Source: Gammaproteobacteria bacterium
GTDB lineage: Bacteria > Pseudomonadota > Gammaproteobacteria > GCA-001735895
Direction: 5' to 3'
NCBI GenBank assembly: GCA_041564355.1
Contig: JBFGQE010000002.1
Coordinates: forward strand, 1 to 36,275
DNA: 36,275 bases
The notes under the pieces were generated by a model that did no database searches, had not been told where the DNA came from, and was given only the letters and a program-made list of their open reading frames with translations. The number at the start of each line of letters is the position of its first letter. Position 1 is the first letter of the stretch. Position numbers and translations under genes: made by a program. Positions 26,621 through 36,275 of this stretch are shown in pieces.

Positions 26621-26647
26621 AAAAAACCCGCCAAAACATACGGCAGG
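26621..26647 (-). terminator. Hairpin plus T6 between the two palindromes (hisGD terminator or leader attenuator)
   Basis: Gene orientation: CCTGCC-GTATGTTTT-GGCGGG-TTTTTT. This is a 6-bp stem including one G-U pair (26647-26642 with 26632-27), followed by a T6 run (26626-21). Confidence 0.4.
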
Positions 26648-26660
26648 GGAATAATCATAT

Positions 26661-26694
26661 TTGGGATTATATTCCCAAATTTATCAAAGAGCAA
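26661..26694 (-). promoter_or_regulatory. Distal 18-bp palindrome TTGGGA-TTATAT-TCCCAA overlapping a sigma70-like promoter
   Basis: Palindrome at 26661-26678, extendable to the 22-bp ATTTGGGA...TCCCAAAT. In gene orientation the spacer contains a perfect TATAAT (26671-26666), and TTGCTC (26694-26689) lies 17 nt upstream. Confidence 0.5.
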
Positions 26695-26822
26695 GATTTA
26701 ATTGCCGCTCTCGGTGAAAAAATGTTAGCAATGAGGGCGAAACGCCCGCAAAGGCCGTGGTGGACGTGAACGCTCACGAGATCCCGCTTAAGCGCCGGGG
26801 CGCTGTTCGGGAGGAACCGACG

Positions 26823-28130
26823 TCAGGCGTCGGACCGCTTGATGCGATACTCGGCAGAACGGGCGTGTGCGACGAGGCCCTCGCCGCGCGCGAGCGTCGA
26901 GGCGACCTTGCCCTGCGCGGACGCGCCAGCAGCGGAGCAGCCGATCAGGCTGGATCGTTTCTGGAAATCGTAAACCCCGAGCGGCGACGAGAAGCGCGCG
27001 GTACCCGAGGTCGGTAACACGTGATTCGGTCCGGCGCAGTAGTCACCGAGCGCCTCGGCGGTGTAGCGGCCGAGGAAAATGGCGCCGGCGTGACGGATCG
27101 ATGCGGCAACCTCGCGCGCATTGTCCAGCGATAGCTCGAGGTGTTCCGGCGCGATCCGGTTGGCGACCTCGACCGCCGTCGCCAGGTCCGGCACCCCGAT
27201 CAAGGCCCCACGGGCGCTCAGCGATTGGTCGATAATGTCGCGCCGCGGCATTTCCTCGATCAGGCGCTCGATGCTCTCAGCCACGCGGTCGAGAAAGTCG
27301 CCATCCGGCGAGAGCAGGATTGCCTGCGCGTCCTCGTCGTGCTCGGCCTGGGAAAACAAGTCCATCGCAATCCAGTCCGGATCGGTCTTGCCATCACAAA
27401 TCACCAGGATCTCGGACGGTCCGGCAACCATGTCGATGCCGACCGTGCCGAATACCATTCGCTTGGCGGTAGCCACGTAAATATTGCCCGGACCGACGAT
27501 CTTGTCTACCGCCGGCACGGTTTCGGTGCCATAGGCCAGAGCCGCCACCGCCTGCGCGCCGCCGATCGTGAACACGCGACTGACGCCGGCGATATGCGCG
27601 GCGGCGAGCACGAGTTCATTGACCACGCCACGCGGGGTCGGCACGACCATGATCAACTCATCGACGCCCGCTACCGCGGCCGGTATCGCGTTCATCAGTA
27701 CCGACGATGGATACGCGGCCTTGCCGCCAGGCACGTAAAGACCGACCCGGTCCAGCGGGCTGACCTGCTGCCCGAGCAGGGTGCCATCCTCGTCGGTGTA
27801 TTCCCAGGAGTCGAGTTTTTGTCTTTCGGCATAAGTCCGAATCCGCGCGGCCGCGTGCTCGAGCGCCTCGCGTTCGGCCGTCTCGATGCCGGCGCAGGCC
27901 TCGCGCAAGCGCGCCAGCGGCATCTCCAGCTCGCTCGCCGCGCTGACGTCGAGCCCGTCGAAACGCGCGGTCAGTTCGAGCAGGGCCTCGTCCCCGTCGC
28001 TTCTGACTCGCTGCAGAATGTCGCGAACCGTGTCAACCACCCGTTCGTCGGTTCCCGCATCCCAATCCAGCAGTTCGCGCAGCTCGGCTTCGAACCCGGC
28101 GGCGCGGCTGTCGAGGCGTCGAATCTGCAT
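26823..28130 (-). CDS. hisD: Histidinol dehydrogenase
   Basis: 435-aa ORF with family-typical blocks: ...[23 protein letters not shown]..., [20 protein letters not shown]. The start overlaps the hisG stop. Confidence 0.95.
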   Translation of the reverse strand: MQIRRLDSRAAGFEAELRELLDWDAGTDERVVDTVRDILQRVRSDGDEALLELTARFDGLDVSAASELEMPLARLREACAGIETAEREALEHAAARIRTYAERQKLDSWEYTDEDGTLLGQQVSPLDRVGLYVPGGKAAYPSSVLMNAIPAAVAGVDELIMVVPTPRGVVNELVLAAAHIAGVSRVFTIGGAQAVAALAYGTETVPAVDKIVGPGNIYVATAKRMVFGTVGIDMVAGPSEILVICDGKTDPDWIAMDLFSQAEHDEDAQAILLSPDGDFLDRVAESIERLIEEMPRRDIIDQSLSARGALIGVPDLATAVEVANRIAPEHLELSLDNAREVAASIRHAGAIFLGRYTAEALGDYCAGPNHVLPTSGTARFSSPLGVYDFQKRSSLIGCSAAGASAQGKVASTLARGEGLVAHARSAEYRIKRSDA

Positions 28131-28759
28131 CAGTCGACCGCCTGCTCTATGCGCTCGACCAGCGCGGTCACCGCGCGATTTTTCATTTTCTGCGCGGCGC
28201 GGTTTACGATCAGGCGCGAGCTGACGTCCATGATGAGTTGCAGCGGCGACAGGCCGTTCGCCTTCAGCGTGTTGCCGCTGTCGACGAGATCGACGATGAC
28301 ATCGGCCAGCCCGACCATCGGCGCCAGTTCCATCGAACCGTAGAGCTTGATCAACTCGACCTGGCGCCCCTGTTCATGGAAAAACCGGCGCGTGATTTCC
28401 GGGTACTTGGTGGCAACGCGCAGGCGGCCGTTGGGCAACGGTTTATCGGCGTATCCCGCGGTCATCATGCGGCATGGCGCAATCCCGAGATCGACGCGCT
28501 CGTAGAGGCCTTCCCCGCCATGCTCGGCAAGCACGTCCTTGCCGGCGACGCCGAGATCGGCTGCACCGTACTGCACGTAGGTCGGCACGTCCGCGGAGCG
28601 AATCAGCACCAGCCGGACGGATTCGTCGCTGGTCGCAAACACCAGTTTGCGGCTGCTGGCGACGTCATCCAGCGGTTCGATTCCGGCCCGCGCCAGCAGT
28701 GGCAGGGTCTCATCGAGAATCCTGCCCTTGGCCAGGGCAATGGTCAGGTTTTCAGACAT
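28130..28759 (-). CDS. hisG: ATP phosphoribosyltransferase, short form
   Basis: 209-aa [25 protein letters not shown]...RVATKYP...[14 protein letters not shown]. The short length implies a HisZ partner elsewhere (established knowledge for short HisG). Confidence 0.93.
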   Translation of the reverse strand: MSENLTIALAKGRILDETLPLLARAGIEPLDDVASSRKLVFATSDESVRLVLIRSADVPTYVQYGAADLGVAGKDVLAEHGGEGLYERVDLGIAPCRMMTAGYADKPLPNGRLRVATKYPEITRRFFHEQGRQVELIKLYGSMELAPMVGLADVIVDLVDSGNTLKANGLSPLQLIMDVSSRLIVNRAAQKMKNRAVTALVERIEQAVD

Positions 28760-28765
28760 GGGCGA

Positions 28766-30055
<1,290 letters not shown>

Positions 30056-30136
30056 CTAGCAGGAAAAACCTGAAATTTTCCGATTTTCCCGCGGCCGACT
30101 CCGCACCCCCGAAATCCGCCGACTCGATCTTTTATC

Positions 30137-30724
30137 CTACTGCTGGTTACGCTCCTTGAGGGTTTGCAGCAGGCCGTCGACCCCGTTTTTGCTGATCGCG
30201 CGCGCAAAGCTGGATCGATAGTTGGTGACCAGGCTGACCCCATCGACGCTGATGTCGAACACCTTCCAGCCGTCATCGCCGAGGCGCAAGGTGTAGTGGA
30301 TCGGGATCGGGAATCCGCCGGCCTGTTCGATTTCGGTGCGCACGACGACCTTGCCGTCGGCTTCACTGCCCTCCGTCGGCAGGTAAATAATCTTTTGGTC
30401 GGTATACTCGAGCAGCGCGGAGCTATAGGTACGCACCAGCAGCTGGCGAAACTCGGCGACGATCGCCGGTTTTTGCTCGGCATTGACATCTTTCTCGTAG
30501 CGCCCCAGCGCGAGATCGGTCATCGCGTCGAAGTCGAAATGTGGCAATACGACATTGTCGACGAGACGGTATATATTTTGCGGGTCGCTTTTGTAAGTGT
30601 CCGCGTTGTTCTTGATCTCGGCCAGCACCTTCTCCGACGTATCCCGAATCAGGCGCTCGGGCCCGGCCGCGGCAAGCGCCGGGGACAACATGATAATCAG
30701 TAACAGGCTTGTTATTTTTTTCAC
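30137..30724 (-). CDS. mlaC: Periplasmic phospholipid-binding protein MlaC (Ttg2D family)
   Basis: 195-aa ORF with a signal peptide, MKKITSLLLIIMLSPALAAA. Family blocks VLPHFDFDAMTDLALG, EFRQLLVRTYSSAL, GWKVFDISVDGVSLVTNYRSSF. The GTG start overlaps the upstream stop (GTGA). Confidence 0.88.
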   Translation of the reverse strand: MKKITSLLLIIMLSPALAAAGPERLIRDTSEKVLAEIKNNADTYKSDPQNIYRLVDNVVLPHFDFDAMTDLALGRYEKDVNAEQKPAIVAEFRQLLVRTYSSALLEYTDQKIIYLPTEGSEADGKVVVRTEIEQAGGFPIPIHYTLRLGDDGWKVFDISVDGVSLVTNYRSSFARAISKNGVDGLLQTLKERNQQ

Positions 30725-32097
30725 TGGAAAACCCCGCTTACGCTTTGCAATCTGGCGACATGGTTATTGAAATCATTGACCGCGCGCAGGTAATCGGAAT
30801 AGGCGAGCACGTAGACCTGCATCGCGGTCAGCACCTTGTCCGCCTGTTCCAGGCCGGCTTCGAAATCGGCATAAGCCGCAATCATCCAGCGCCGCCCGGC
30901 CTGCGCGCTGTCGCGCATGGAGCGGATCGACTGGTGCCTGGCCTGCATCGCGTAGTACTGCTCGCGCACCTGGAACGGAATACCCGAACGCACGAATGAC
31001 GCCTTCTGCACGAGCGCATCGAGTTCGGCCTGGGCCTGCGCAACGCGGGCCGGCTGCGCGCCCTGCTCCCATTGCCAGCGAAGGCCGATTACCGGCGAGG
31101 CCGCCACGTGGTTAAACGGATCGTAGATATGCGGATTATCGAGACGGTCCCGGTCCGGCGCATAGGCCAGCGATCCGGCAACCCCGGCAAATACGATCGG
31201 CTTCTTGCCGGCGCGGGTCGCCTCCACCAGCGCTCTGCGCGCGGCTAGCCCGGCCTCGACCTGGGTAAATTCCGCCCGGTTCTCGAGCGCGATATCGATC
31301 CATTCCTCGAGACTTTCCAGCGGCAATGAAACGGGTTGCAGGCGGCGCTCGGCCAGCTCGATCCTGTCTTCCTCCCGACCGGTAAGCAGTTTCAATCCGG
31401 CCATTGCGATGGCCTCGATCTGTTTCGCCTCGGCGAGAAAGCTGTCCACCAGCCCCAGCCCGGACTGCAGCGCGAAGCGATCGCTCTGCTTCGCCCTGCC
31501 GCTGCCGTCCTCCAGCCATTTCTCGATCAGGTCGAGCGCAGCCTCGAGTCGACGCCGCGTATCTTCGAGCAGGAAACGGGTATCGCGCGCGGTGAGGTAA
31601 CCGTAATATGCCTTGACTACCTGAAGGCCGATCTCGTCGCGCTGCAACTCCACGTCCTGTTGCTTGACCGTGATATTGTTCTGCGCCGCACGCTGGTAAT
31701 TCTCGAGGCGGCCAAAGGTCGCCAGCGGCTTGACGATACTGAAGGTCAGCCCACCCCAGAGCGAATAGCCGTCGTCGAAATCGTAGGTATCGTCTCGCGG
31801 CTCGCAGTTACTGCTGCAGGAGGTTTCGCCGTCATCATAAAATCCGCCATCGACTCCAGTGGTGATCGCAAGGAAACTGTCGACCGAGTAGCGCAAGCCG
31901 CCCGAGCCCTCGGCTTCCTGCAGCAGGCCCTCCGCTTTGCGCACGAAGGCCTGTTTTTCCTCGATTCGCGGGTCGTGCGCGAGCGCGAGTTCGATCGCCT
32001 GCTGCAGGCTCAGTTTTTCCTGCGCCTGCAGGCTGCTGCAAACGAGCAAAAAGACAAGCCCGGAAAAATTAATACAGAAATGTTTCATGGCCGCCAT
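30721..32097 (-). CDS. TolC-family (OEP) outer membrane protein
   Basis: 458-aa ORF (alternative ATG at 32088 gives MKHFCINFSGLVFLLVCSSLQAQE, a signal peptide). It opens with LSLQQAIELALAHDPRI, typical of outer-membrane efflux proteins, and has two long helical repeat halves. Confidence 0.8.
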   Translation of the reverse strand: MAAMKHFCINFSGLVFLLVCSSLQAQEKLSLQQAIELALAHDPRIEEKQAFVRKAEGLLQEAEGSGGLRYSVDSFLAITTGVDGGFYDDGETSCSSNCEPRDDTYDFDDGYSLWGGLTFSIVKPLATFGRLENYQRAAQNNITVKQQDVELQRDEIGLQVVKAYYGYLTARDTRFLLEDTRRRLEAALDLIEKWLEDGSGRAKQSDRFALQSGLGLVDSFLAEAKQIEAIAMAGLKLLTGREEDRIELAERRLQPVSLPLESLEEWIDIALENRAEFTQVEAGLAARRALVEATRAGKKPIVFAGVAGSLAYAPDRDRLDNPHIYDPFNHVAASPVIGLRWQWEQGAQPARVAQAQAELDALVQKASFVRSGIPFQVREQYYAMQARHQSIRSMRDSAQAGRRWMIAAYADFEAGLEQADKVLTAMQVYVLAYSDYLRAVNDFNNHVARLQSVSGVFQ

Positions 32098-32289
32098 TGT
32101 TCCGTTGTGATGCTGAATAGAAACTGACTATAACCGCTGGGATGCGAGTCATTGGTCGAAGTCTAGCCGGTCTGCCGACGCAAGTGAACGGCGAAAACTC
32201 CAATTGCGGATCATTCCATAAATTTACTGGCAAATTAGTCGCATTATCGTTAGTGTTCAGCTGCATACCAATCTGATAACAAGCTTCTT

Positions 32290-32817
32290 ATGTCCAGACC
32301 GCTGACCGATCAGCATAGCTTTGGCTATGATGAACTCATTCAGTGTGGCAAGGGTAACCTGTTCGGACCCGGAAACGCCCTGCTTCCGCTGCCGCCGATG
32401 TTGATGTTCGATCGTATCATCGAGATCAACGAAACCGGCGGTCGCTACGATAAAGGCGAGATCATTGCCGAGCTCGACGTCAACCCGGAGCTCTGGTTTT
32501 TCAAATGCCATTTCGAAACCGATCCGGTCATGCCGGGCTGCCTCGGGCTCGACGCGATGTGGCAGCTGATCGGTTTTTTTCTCGGCTGGAAAGGCGGGCC
32601 CGGCCATGGTCGCGCGCTGGGGGCAGGCGAGGTCAAATATTTCGGCCAGGTCCTGCCGGACGCGCAGCTGGTGACTTATCGAATCAGCATGAAGCGCGTC
32701 ATCATGCGCAAGCTGGTCATGGGAATCGGCGACGCATCGATGGAGGTGGACGGCCGCGAAATCTACAGCGCGAGAGACCTGCGCGTCGGCCTGTTTACCT
32801 CGACCGACGATTTCTGA
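32290..32817 (+). CDS. fabA: 3-hydroxydecanoyl-ACP dehydratase / trans-2-decenoyl-ACP isomerase
   Basis: 175-aa ORF with active-site region [27 protein letters not shown] and C-terminal GLFTSTDDF. Confidence 0.93.
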   Translation: MSRPLTDQHSFGYDELIQCGKGNLFGPGNALLPLPPMLMFDRIIEINETGGRYDKGEIIAELDVNPELWFFKCHFETDPVMPGCLGLDAMWQLIGFFLGWKGGPGHGRALGAGEVKYFGQVLPDAQLVTYRISMKRVIMRKLVMGIGDASMEVDGREIYSARDLRVGLFTSTDDF

Positions 32818-32839
32818 CCCCGCCTAGACTGACACAACT

Positions 32840-33832
32840 ATGCTGATTTCAGTCGTCGCCGTGGTCGCAGGTCTGGTGTTGCTGATCTGGAGTGCCGATC
32901 GTTTTGTCGAGGGCGCCGCGGCCTGCGCCCGGCTGTCGGGCGTTTCGACATTGATCATTGGCATCATCGTGGTCGGATTCGGCACCTCGGCACCCGAAAT
33001 TGGCGTTTCCGTGGTCGCCGCGCTCGAAGGCACCCCGGATATCGCGATCGGTAACGCGCTGGGTTCCAACATCGCCAACATCGGCCTGATCCTCGGGGTG
33101 ACCGCGATTCTGGTGCCGATTCCGGTCGAAAGCCGCCTGATGAAGACCGAGTACCCGCTGCTGCTGCTTGCGACCGCGGTGATGGGCTGGTGCCTGTTCG
33201 ATCTTCGCCTGACCTGGGTCGATGGCGTCGTGCTGCTCGGCCTGCTCAGCCTGATCCTGTATTACCTGGTGCAGCAGCACCGCCGCCACGCGCGAGAATA
33301 TGCGCGCCTCGATCAGGATACCGCGCTCGTTGCCGAAACGATCGAAATCTCGGAAGACATGACCATGGCCGGCGCGGTCGGCTGGATACTGTTCGGGCTG
33401 ATCCTGCTGGTCGGCAGCTCCAAGCTGCTGGTCTGGGGCGCGTCGAACATTGCCCTCGCCTTCGGCGTCAGTGAACTGATTATCGGTCTGACCATCGTCG
33501 CGCTGGGCACCAGCCTGCCGGAACTCGCCGCGTCGATCGCCAGCCTGAAAAAAGACGTGCCCGATGTCGCGATCGGCAACGTCATCGGCTCGAATCTGTT
33601 CAACTCGCTCGCGGTTATCGGGCTACCCGCGGTCATGACTTCGTTTACCATCGATCCCGCGGCGCGATCGCGTGACCTGTCGGTGGTGGTCGCGTTAACC
33701 GTTGCGCTGATCCTGATGTCGCGCTTCCCGGGCGCATTGCCGCGTCACCTGACGCGCGGCAAGGGTATATTTCTGTTCGCCGCTTTTGTTATTTACCAGT
33801 TATATTTGTATTATCAAATCGTCGCGGCATAA
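32840..33832 (+). CDS. yrbG: Ca2+/Na+ antiporter, CaCA family (YrbG-like)
   Basis: 330-aa polytopic ORF with two alpha-repeats: GFGTSAPEIGVS...GNALGSNIANI and ALGTSLPELAAS...GNVIGSNLFN. Confidence 0.9.
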   Translation: MLISVVAVVAGLVLLIWSADRFVEGAAACARLSGVSTLIIGIIVVGFGTSAPEIGVSVVAALEGTPDIAIGNALGSNIANIGLILGVTAILVPIPVESRLMKTEYPLLLLATAVMGWCLFDLRLTWVDGVVLLGLLSLILYYLVQQHRRHAREYARLDQDTALVAETIEISEDMTMAGAVGWILFGLILLVGSSKLLVWGASNIALAFGVSELIIGLTIVALGTSLPELAASIASLKKDVPDVAIGNVIGSNLFNSLAVIGLPAVMTSFTIDPAARSRDLSVVVALTVALILMSRFPGALPRHLTRGKGIFLFAAFVIYQLYLYYQIVAA

Positions 33833-33834
33833 CT

Positions 33835-34806
33835 ATGACAGATCACGCCTACATCGAACTTGGCCTGGCCGTTTTAAAAACCGAAGCAGACGCGATCACG
33901 GCGTTGAGCAAACGCCTGGATCAAAGCTTCCACGACGCCTGTGAACTGATCCTGCAGTGCGACGGACGCATCGTCGTCACCGGCATGGGCAAGTCAGGAC
34001 ATATCGGCAACAAGATCGCGGCAACGCTTGCCAGCACCGGCACGCCCGCTTTCTTCATGCACCCCGGCGAAGCCAGCCACGGCGATCTCGGCATGATTAC
34101 CGCGCATGATCTCGTCATTGCGTTGTCCAACTCGGGCGAAACCAGCGAGATCACGCTGCTGCTGCCTTTGCTCAAGCGGCTGGGGATTCCGCTGATCGCG
34201 TTGACCGGCAAACCATCATCCACGCTGGCGCGCAGCGCCGATATCCACCTCGACGTCAGCGTCGCCCGGGAAGCCTGCCCGCTCGGCCTCGCGCCGACCT
34301 CGAGCACCACCGCGAGCCTCGCCATGGGCGATGCGCTCGCGATCGCGGTACTCGAGGCGCGCGGTTTTACCGAGGAAGATTTTGCGCTGTCGCATCCGGG
34401 CGGAGATCTGGGCCGGCGCCTGCTGCTGCGGGTCAGCGATATCATGCATACGGGCGATGCCATACCGCTGGTTACCGCGGCGACCACATTGAAGCACACG
34501 CTGATCGAAATGACCGCGAAAGGTCTCGGCATGGCCGGCGTCATCGATGACGGCGACAGGCTGATCGGGATCTACACCGATGGCGACCTGCGCCGCACCT
34601 TCGAGAAAATGCCCGACATCGCGACCGCGCGGGTAACCGATTTCATGACCGCCAATCCGGTTACCATCGAAGCCGAGCGAATCGCCAGCGAAGCCCTGAA
34701 GCTGATGCACGATAAAAAGATTAACGCGCTGATGGTAGTCGATGCAGAGCGTCGCGTTCAGGGTGCGTTAAACATGCATGATTTACTAAGGGCCGGTGTC
34801 GTCTAG
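33835..34806 (+). CDS. kdsD: Arabinose-5-phosphate isomerase
   Basis: 323-aa ORF with an SIS domain (VVTGMGKSGHIGNKIAATLASTGTPAFF) and a tandem CBS pair at the C-terminus. Confidence 0.93.
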   Translation: MTDHAYIELGLAVLKTEADAITALSKRLDQSFHDACELILQCDGRIVVTGMGKSGHIGNKIAATLASTGTPAFFMHPGEASHGDLGMITAHDLVIALSNSGETSEITLLLPLLKRLGIPLIALTGKPSSTLARSADIHLDVSVAREACPLGLAPTSSTTASLAMGDALAIAVLEARGFTEEDFALSHPGGDLGRRLLLRVSDIMHTGDAIPLVTAATTLKHTLIEMTAKGLGMAGVIDDGDRLIGIYTDGDLRRTFEKMPDIATARVTDFMTANPVTIEAERIASEALKLMHDKKINALMVVDAERRVQGALNMHDLLRAGVV

Positions 34807-34815
34807 AGGACAAGC

Positions 34816-35340
34816 ATGAGCACGATTGCCGACCAGGCCAGAAAGGTACGATTGCTGATCGTCGATATCGACGGTGTACTGACCGATGGTGGACTGCAAT
34901 TCGATAATAATGGCGAAGAGTACAAGACCTTCAACTCCCTCGACGGTCATGGCATTCGCATGCTGCTCGACTGCGGCATCGACGTGGCGGTCATAACCGG
35001 CCGCGAGTCGGCCATCGTGCGACATCGCATGGGCGAACTCGGCGTGACCCACGTCTACCAGGGCAATCGCGACAAGCTGGCCGCACTGGAACAGCTGCTG
35101 GCGGCAACCGGGCTCGACGCGGACCGGCTCGCCTACGTCGGCGACGATCTGCCCGATCTGCCGGTGATGCGCCGGGTCGGCTTTGCCATCGCGGTGCAAA
35201 ACGCGCATAGCTTTGTCAAGCAGCACTGCGACTGGGTGACCACCCTGCCGGGCGGCAAGGGCGCGGTGCGCGAGGTCACGGACTTCATCCTGCAGTCACA
35301 GGCGCTGCTCAAGGATAAACAGGACAGCTATCTCGAATGA
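34816..35340 (+). CDS. kdsC: 3-deoxy-D-manno-octulosonate 8-phosphate phosphatase
   Basis: 174-aa ORF with HAD motif I (VDIDGVLTDG) and YVGDDLPDLPVM. Confidence 0.92.
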   Translation: MSTIADQARKVRLLIVDIDGVLTDGGLQFDNNGEEYKTFNSLDGHGIRMLLDCGIDVAVITGRESAIVRHRMGELGVTHVYQGNRDKLAALEQLLAATGLDADRLAYVGDDLPDLPVMRRVGFAIAVQNAHSFVKQHCDWVTTLPGGKGAVREVTDFILQSQALLKDKQDSYLE

Positions 35341-35900
35341 AATCTCGAATTCTGATATTTGTCGTCCTGCTCGGCCTCGCCGCGATCGCGATCGGCTGGG
35401 TTTACGAAGCCCGTCTCAAGCCGGAAATCCGCCAGGCCGAGCTGATCATTCCGGATAATATCGATTACTTCTTAACCGGCCTGCATTATCGCGCGATGAA
35501 CGCGGACGGCGTGCTCGACTACGAGTTCGACAGCCGACGCCTCGAGCATCATCCGCGCACCGATGTGAGTCACATCGAGCTGCCATCACTGCAGATTCAC
35601 CGGGCGGGAGATCGCTGGCGTATCGATTCGCGGCTCGGCCGGTTCGAGCATCGGCAAAATCGGCTTCACCTCGAACAGGACGTGGTGGTGGAGAAATTCG
35701 GCGAAGCGCCGCTGCGCCTGCTCGGCGAACGCATCAGTTTCGAACCGGACCGCGACCTGGTCAGCAGCGACAGTCGCATCGTCATCCTCACCGACGAGTC
35801 GCGTATCGAGGCCGAGCAGGCCGTGTTCAACATCGCCGATGGGATCTATTCCCTGCGTCGAGCCAAAGCGGTTTACCGGGATGCCGATCAAGCCGGTTAG
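35337..35900 (+). CDS. lptC: LPS export system protein LptC
   Basis: 187-aa ORF with an N-terminal TM anchor. Sits between kdsC and lptA with an ATGA overlap to kdsC. Confidence 0.85.
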   Translation: MKSRILIFVVLLGLAAIAIGWVYEARLKPEIRQAELIIPDNIDYFLTGLHYRAMNADGVLDYEFDSRRLEHHPRTDVSHIELPSLQIHRAGDRWRIDSRLGRFEHRQNRLHLEQDVVVEKFGEAPLRLLGERISFEPDRDLVSSDSRIVILTDESRIEAEQAVFNIADGIYSLRRAKAVYRDADQAG

Positions 35901-36275
35901 CCTGCTCGCGCTGTTGCTGTTACCCGCCGTCAGCCTGGCGTTGTCGACCGATGGCGACCAGCCGATCGCGGTCGAGGCGGATCACCTGGAGGTTCGAGAC
36001 AAGGACAATATCAGTATTTACCGGGGCAACGTCAGCCTGGTACAGGGCAGTCTCGAAATCCGTTCCGATCGACTGGTGATTCATTTCAACGATCGGCGCG
36101 AACTGGTGCTGATGGAAATGACCGGGCAACCGGCGACTTTCCGCCAGCTCGACGACGAGCGCAAGGAAATGCTCGGCCAGGCGAACAGGATAAATTACAT
36201 CGAATCCGAGTCCCGGCTGGAGCTGTTCGACGAGGCCCGCTTCAGCCGTAACGGCGATACCATCGAGAGCAACCA
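35881..36275 (+). CDS. lptA: LPS export periplasmic protein LptA, N-terminal part; continues beyond the window end
   Basis: Not in the ORF track (open at the edge). Hand translation from ATG 35881 gives MPIKPVSLLALLLLPAVSLALSTDGDQPIAVEADHLEVRDKDNISIYRGNVSLVQGSLEIRSDRLVIHFND...GQPATFRQL, i.e. a signal peptide plus an OstA-like fold signature. Overlaps lptC by 20 nt. Confidence 0.88.
   Translation, partial: MPIKPVSLLALLLLPAVSLALSTDGDQPIAVEADHLEVRDKDNISIYRGNVSLVQGSLEIRSDRLVIHFNDRRELVLMEMTGQPATFRQLDDERKEMLGQANRINYIESESRLELFDEARFSRNGDTIESN

Noticed and set aside
30094-30125. 8-nt direct repeat GCCGACTC twice, 24 nt apart, in the mlaC-murA gap.
   Set aside because: It is short, GC-rich and plausibly chance. 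No associated structure or known motif.
32230-32289. Possible FabR/DesT-type operator between a candidate fabA promoter (TTTACT-16-TATCGT) and the start: GTTAGTGTTCAGCTGCATACCAATCTGATAAC, centred on CAGCTG. TGTTCAGC resembles the E. coli fabA promoter region as I remember it.
   Set aside because: It is only loosely palindromic and I cannot align it to the FabR palindrome with confidence. It would need a motif scan against a curated matrix.

Overview
GC-rich (judged by eye, not computed) gammaproteobacterial chromosome segment. It is built from conserved housekeeping blocks in an order that, from memory, resembles Pseudomonas/Cellvibrionales. The blocks are: the head of the dcw cluster (mraZ-rsmH-ftsL-ftsI-murE-murF, minus strand), RNase P RNA, rsmI / lpoA-yraN, sspB-sspA, cytochrome bc1 petABC, ybgI, algW/degS, hisG-hisD, murA, mlaC, fabA, and yrbG-kdsD-kdsC-lptC-lptA. 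Four accessory pieces sit between these blocks, none with mobility genes. (i) An ABM-fold gene plus an aldehyde:ferredoxin oxidoreductase (AOR) followed by a MoaD-like GG carrier. (ii) The yeaG-yeaH-ycgB (PrkA/DUF444/SpoVR) starvation operon. (iii) A three-gene operon of two paralogous, very acidic, six-module lipoproteins (DUF5666-like by my recollection) bracketing a cytoplasmic HTH protein. It is preceded by two copies of an 18-bp palindrome, TTGGGA-N6-TCCCAA, whose spacers are -10-like hexamers. This is my best candidate for an undescribed system. (iv) A TolC-family outer-membrane gene translationally coupled to mlaC, at the position where mlaFED would be expected. Two genes look broken: the SpoVR/ycgB homologue carries one in-frame TAG, and sspA has an internal out-of-frame deletion of roughly 20 codons at a CCGCATC microhomology. 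I saw no CRISPR array, tRNA, rRNA, transposase or integrase. All homology calls come from reading the translated ORFs; no searches were run.
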